DNA of 54,467 nucleotides, filler included, from Sluysia triapertura (Eukaryota): NCBI GenBank assembly GCA_046118255.1. It is 4 parts of 4 records of this genome, joined end to end, with 100 filler letters (N's around TTAATTAATTAA, not from the genome) between each part and the next. Parts side by side here need not be neighbours in the genome. Positions count along the whole stretch, not along the records: positions 34,799 to 54,467 come from JBJNIA010055439.1; 3 more parts are not named here. One strand, 5' to 3'. Shown piece by piece: positions 51,773 to 54,467 of this stretch (position 1 is its first letter; each line of letters starts with the position of its first letter). The notes under the pieces were generated by a model. It saw only the letters and a program-made list of their open reading frames with translations, ran no database searches and was not told where the DNA came from. The position numbers and the translations under genes were made by a program.

Positions 51773-53161
51773 AAAAGTGCTACAAAAAGGAATAAAGCTA
51801 TAAGTAATACATTTTCACGTTGCTGCGCTATTCAAAGTAATAATAATAATAATTGTGTAGACAATAATAATAGTAAATGTGATTTTGATATCGATGAATT
51901 AGTTGAGTCTCAGTTTAAAGATATTTTACAAAATAATGAAGTTTTGTTAAGTGACGAAAAGGCGCGCGATATATATGCGCTAATAGATACGTTTTCATTA
52001 GAATTAATCATGGATAATGAAAAAATAGTGGATTTCTTGATGCAGCAAGTGAATTTTTCATATCCTTTAAAAATCTAAACTTATTCTGAGGACTATAGGA
52101 CAAATGTAGTTACGAAAAGATAGTCATATAACTCTACCAATTTGTTGAATTACGAAAAGAAACTCTACGTAGTTCAGCTACCTAATTTTATGACAGGAAG
52201 AGATAATCAGTTTTCTGTTTAACAAACGACGAAATTAAAGTTGTTGTTTTAATTATTGATATAGTATTGCCATATGAATTAATAATAGAATGTAGATGTT
52301 TGCTTTTTAGATTAAATAAGATTAAAATTCGAGTTTTACATGCACCAACTACGGATGTTGAATATATAATTGACCAACCGATTAATGACAAGTTAAATAA
52401 TAGTAGTTCTTCTAATAAAGAATCCAGAAAAGATTGTGACAAAGATAAAAGCATTGTCCACAAAATAAAAACGGAATTATTTTGTGGTGATTTTGTGAAT
52501 GTGGTGATTCTGTGAGTAAATTAAGAATGTAATTAGAACCTGCATTGGACGAAAATAATAATATTTAGTTACAAAATGGGTTAAAAAATACTTTGTGCTT
52601 TAGAAACACAAAGCGTCAGCAATGCTCTCTTAAAAAATAAATGATACAAAATAATTCTAAAAAATATCTTAAAACTTAATTTGATGAGAATAGTGTTTTG
52701 TTGTTAAAATATTTTTACATTAATAGCCATTTTAATAGGATTATTATTAGTACAATCAGTAAGAGCATACGATTGTGAAAATGCTACATTAAGAGAAAGA
52801 TTTTCACTAATGGATTCTGAAGAATGCCCTGAAGCTTATCCAAATACATTTATTGGGCTTTATGATCAAATGTATCAAATATATCAGGAGAGAGGATTAA
52901 TTTATACTCAAGCAAAAATGTGTCCAGTGACAAGGAGAAGGTCTATTAGGTGGTATGGACATCATAGTCACACATCAATAATCAAACAACCACTTTAGAG
53001 GAACATTTGGAAATTACGCCTACTAATTTTTATTTAGCTTTTCAGACTTATGAAATTAAAATAGATATACAAATTAAACTAAAAGCAAAAGTTGGTACAG
53101 TAATTCAGGAAGAAATTATAGTAGTAGAAGATTTGCTTGTGACTATGGTGAATATTGGTAT

Positions 53162-53316
53162 TGTTAGACTTCATAAAATGGACTGATCGGGGATCAAACC
53201 CGGGACCTCTTGCTGCGCAGTTCCATGCTCTACCACTAAGCTATCAGCCCCGTCTAACAATTTTATTTTATTATAGTCAATATTACTACCACGGCACTTA
53301 GGCCAATATTCCAAAA
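53162..53316 (-). mobile_element. tRNA-containing TRIM solo LTR with 4-bp TSD GTAT
   Basis: GTAT at 53158-53161 and 53317-53320; tRNA-like part at 53179-53250. Confidence 0.9.
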
Positions 53317-53952
53317 GTATCACGGAAGAAAAATAAAACAAGCATGGGTCATAGATACGTATGAAATGGAAATTAAGAATATGGAAGTTGCGTTTCATCC
53401 TGAAACGAACAAAATGTTCGATCGACCATATTCCTTAGCTAGTCTAAAATCTTGTTTTGATGGTAAAAATACATTTGTACACGATGCGCGAAAGTAAGAA
53501 TGAGAATTAGTTTCTTTTAAAAACAGTAAATTTTGATGAAATTAAAGGAAAAATATTTACTAAAGGTAAAAACAGTCTTATCCTACTCAAGAAAATGAAT
53601 TGCCAGAACAAAACACCTATTGTATTAATAGCGAATAAAACAACAGATGCAATACGATTAGTGAAACGAGATAGAGTTATTTGATGTGGACAACACGTAT
53701 ATGGAACAAACTATGATAAAATTTATATATCAAAAATACAAAAATTAAGCAAACTTATTCTATTTTACATAAATCTGACGTTAATTTTGCGACTTATTTT
53801 AATAATAAGGCAAATTTTTTGTAACATCACCAACTACAACAAATGATTGTAAATTGAATAGAAAGATTTTGACAAATCCAAATATAGCAGATCCACTAAT
53901 TCCTCTAGCAAAAGGTGTCTTTACAAACATTCAAATGCAAAGTTGAAGTACT

Positions 53953-54111
53953 TGTTAGACTTCGTAAAATGGACTGACCGGGAATCGAACCCGGGACCAT
54001 CGCTGCGCAGTTTGTTTGCTCTACCACTGAGCTATCATCGCCATCTAACAGTTTTATTTTATTATTGTCAAGTTTACCAAATGGAACCTTAGGCCTGTTT
54101 TACCCAAAACA
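53953..54111 (-). mobile_element. tRNA-containing TRIM solo LTR
   Basis: Full-length TGTTAGAC..AACA copy. TSD not retained. Confidence 0.88.
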
Positions 54112-54467
54112 AATATATGTTCCCATGAGTTATTAGTCATTTATAAAGGAGTTTCATTATATATGGAACCTGTTACTAGATTGCGTTTATCTGATGTTAC
54201 ACGGGTAAAAGTAATTCAATGCTCTTCACAATTTTCACCAGCATATAAATTATCAAAAACTACTTAGATAATTACACTATCATTAACCTCTAGTTCATCA
54301 TCTAAAAGTTTTTAATTAACGAATTTAGATCATAATATTCAACTTTAAACAATAGCAGATTTAATGAAAATTGGACTATTGTTGTGTCTTTTATCAGTTT
54401 TATTTTCCCAGATTATTAGATTAGAACTCAATAACTAAATAAACTCAAAATCTCGATATATTCGTTA

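Larger units (their letters stand above)
52684..54390 (+). pseudogene. Endogenous chuvirus-like envelope glycoprotein, decayed and split by two LTRs
   Basis: Signal peptide then AYDC..FSLMDSEEC, QIYQE..C..WYGHHSHTS, CGQHVYGTNY, DVNFATYFNNK, CKLNRKIL, FKCKVEV, CSHEL..MEPVTR..IQC..PAYK, in the order known for chuvirus/Anakin glycoproteins. Confidence 0.75.

Noticed and set aside
53162-53316. Conventional tRNA-derived SINE
   Set aside because: The tRNA is not at the 5' end, there is no tail, ends are TG..CA, the TSD is 4 bp, and two-LTR forms with PBS and PPT exist.
53171-53398. 75-aa ORF (also 11261-11599 and 5311-5493)
   Set aside because: Chance reading frames running through TRIM LTRs.

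Overview
Very AT-rich eukaryotic DNA, most likely from an invertebrate animal with motile cilia (DNAH6, ANKAR). It is not prokaryotic: genes are spliced with GT-AG introns and use the standard code. The window is four contigs joined by artificial 100-nt spacers (N44-TTAATTAATTAA-N44 at 12176, 23773, 34699), so adjacency across spacers means nothing. Host genes: the large 3' exon of Misato (MSTO1), four DNAH6 exons, six ANKAR exons, a four-exon multi-PLAT gene, a decayed nibrin FHA copy and two orphan two-exon genes. The rest is mostly decayed mobile DNA (pogo/Tigger, IS630/Tc1, hAT, MITEs, LINE fragments). Main findings: (1) a miniature LTR retrotransposon (TRIM) at 7 loci whose ~150-bp LTR carries a tRNA-Ala-derived Pol III cassette, with PBS, PPT and two clean 4-bp TSDs; (2) a NeSL/R2-type Ulp1+RLE retrotransposon inserted precisely inside that tRNA cassette; (3) an endogenous chuvirus-like glycoprotein gene split by two of these LTRs; (4) a repeated multi-ORF element encoding a compact TBP-like protein. 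All homology calls come from motif recognition by eye, not database searches.
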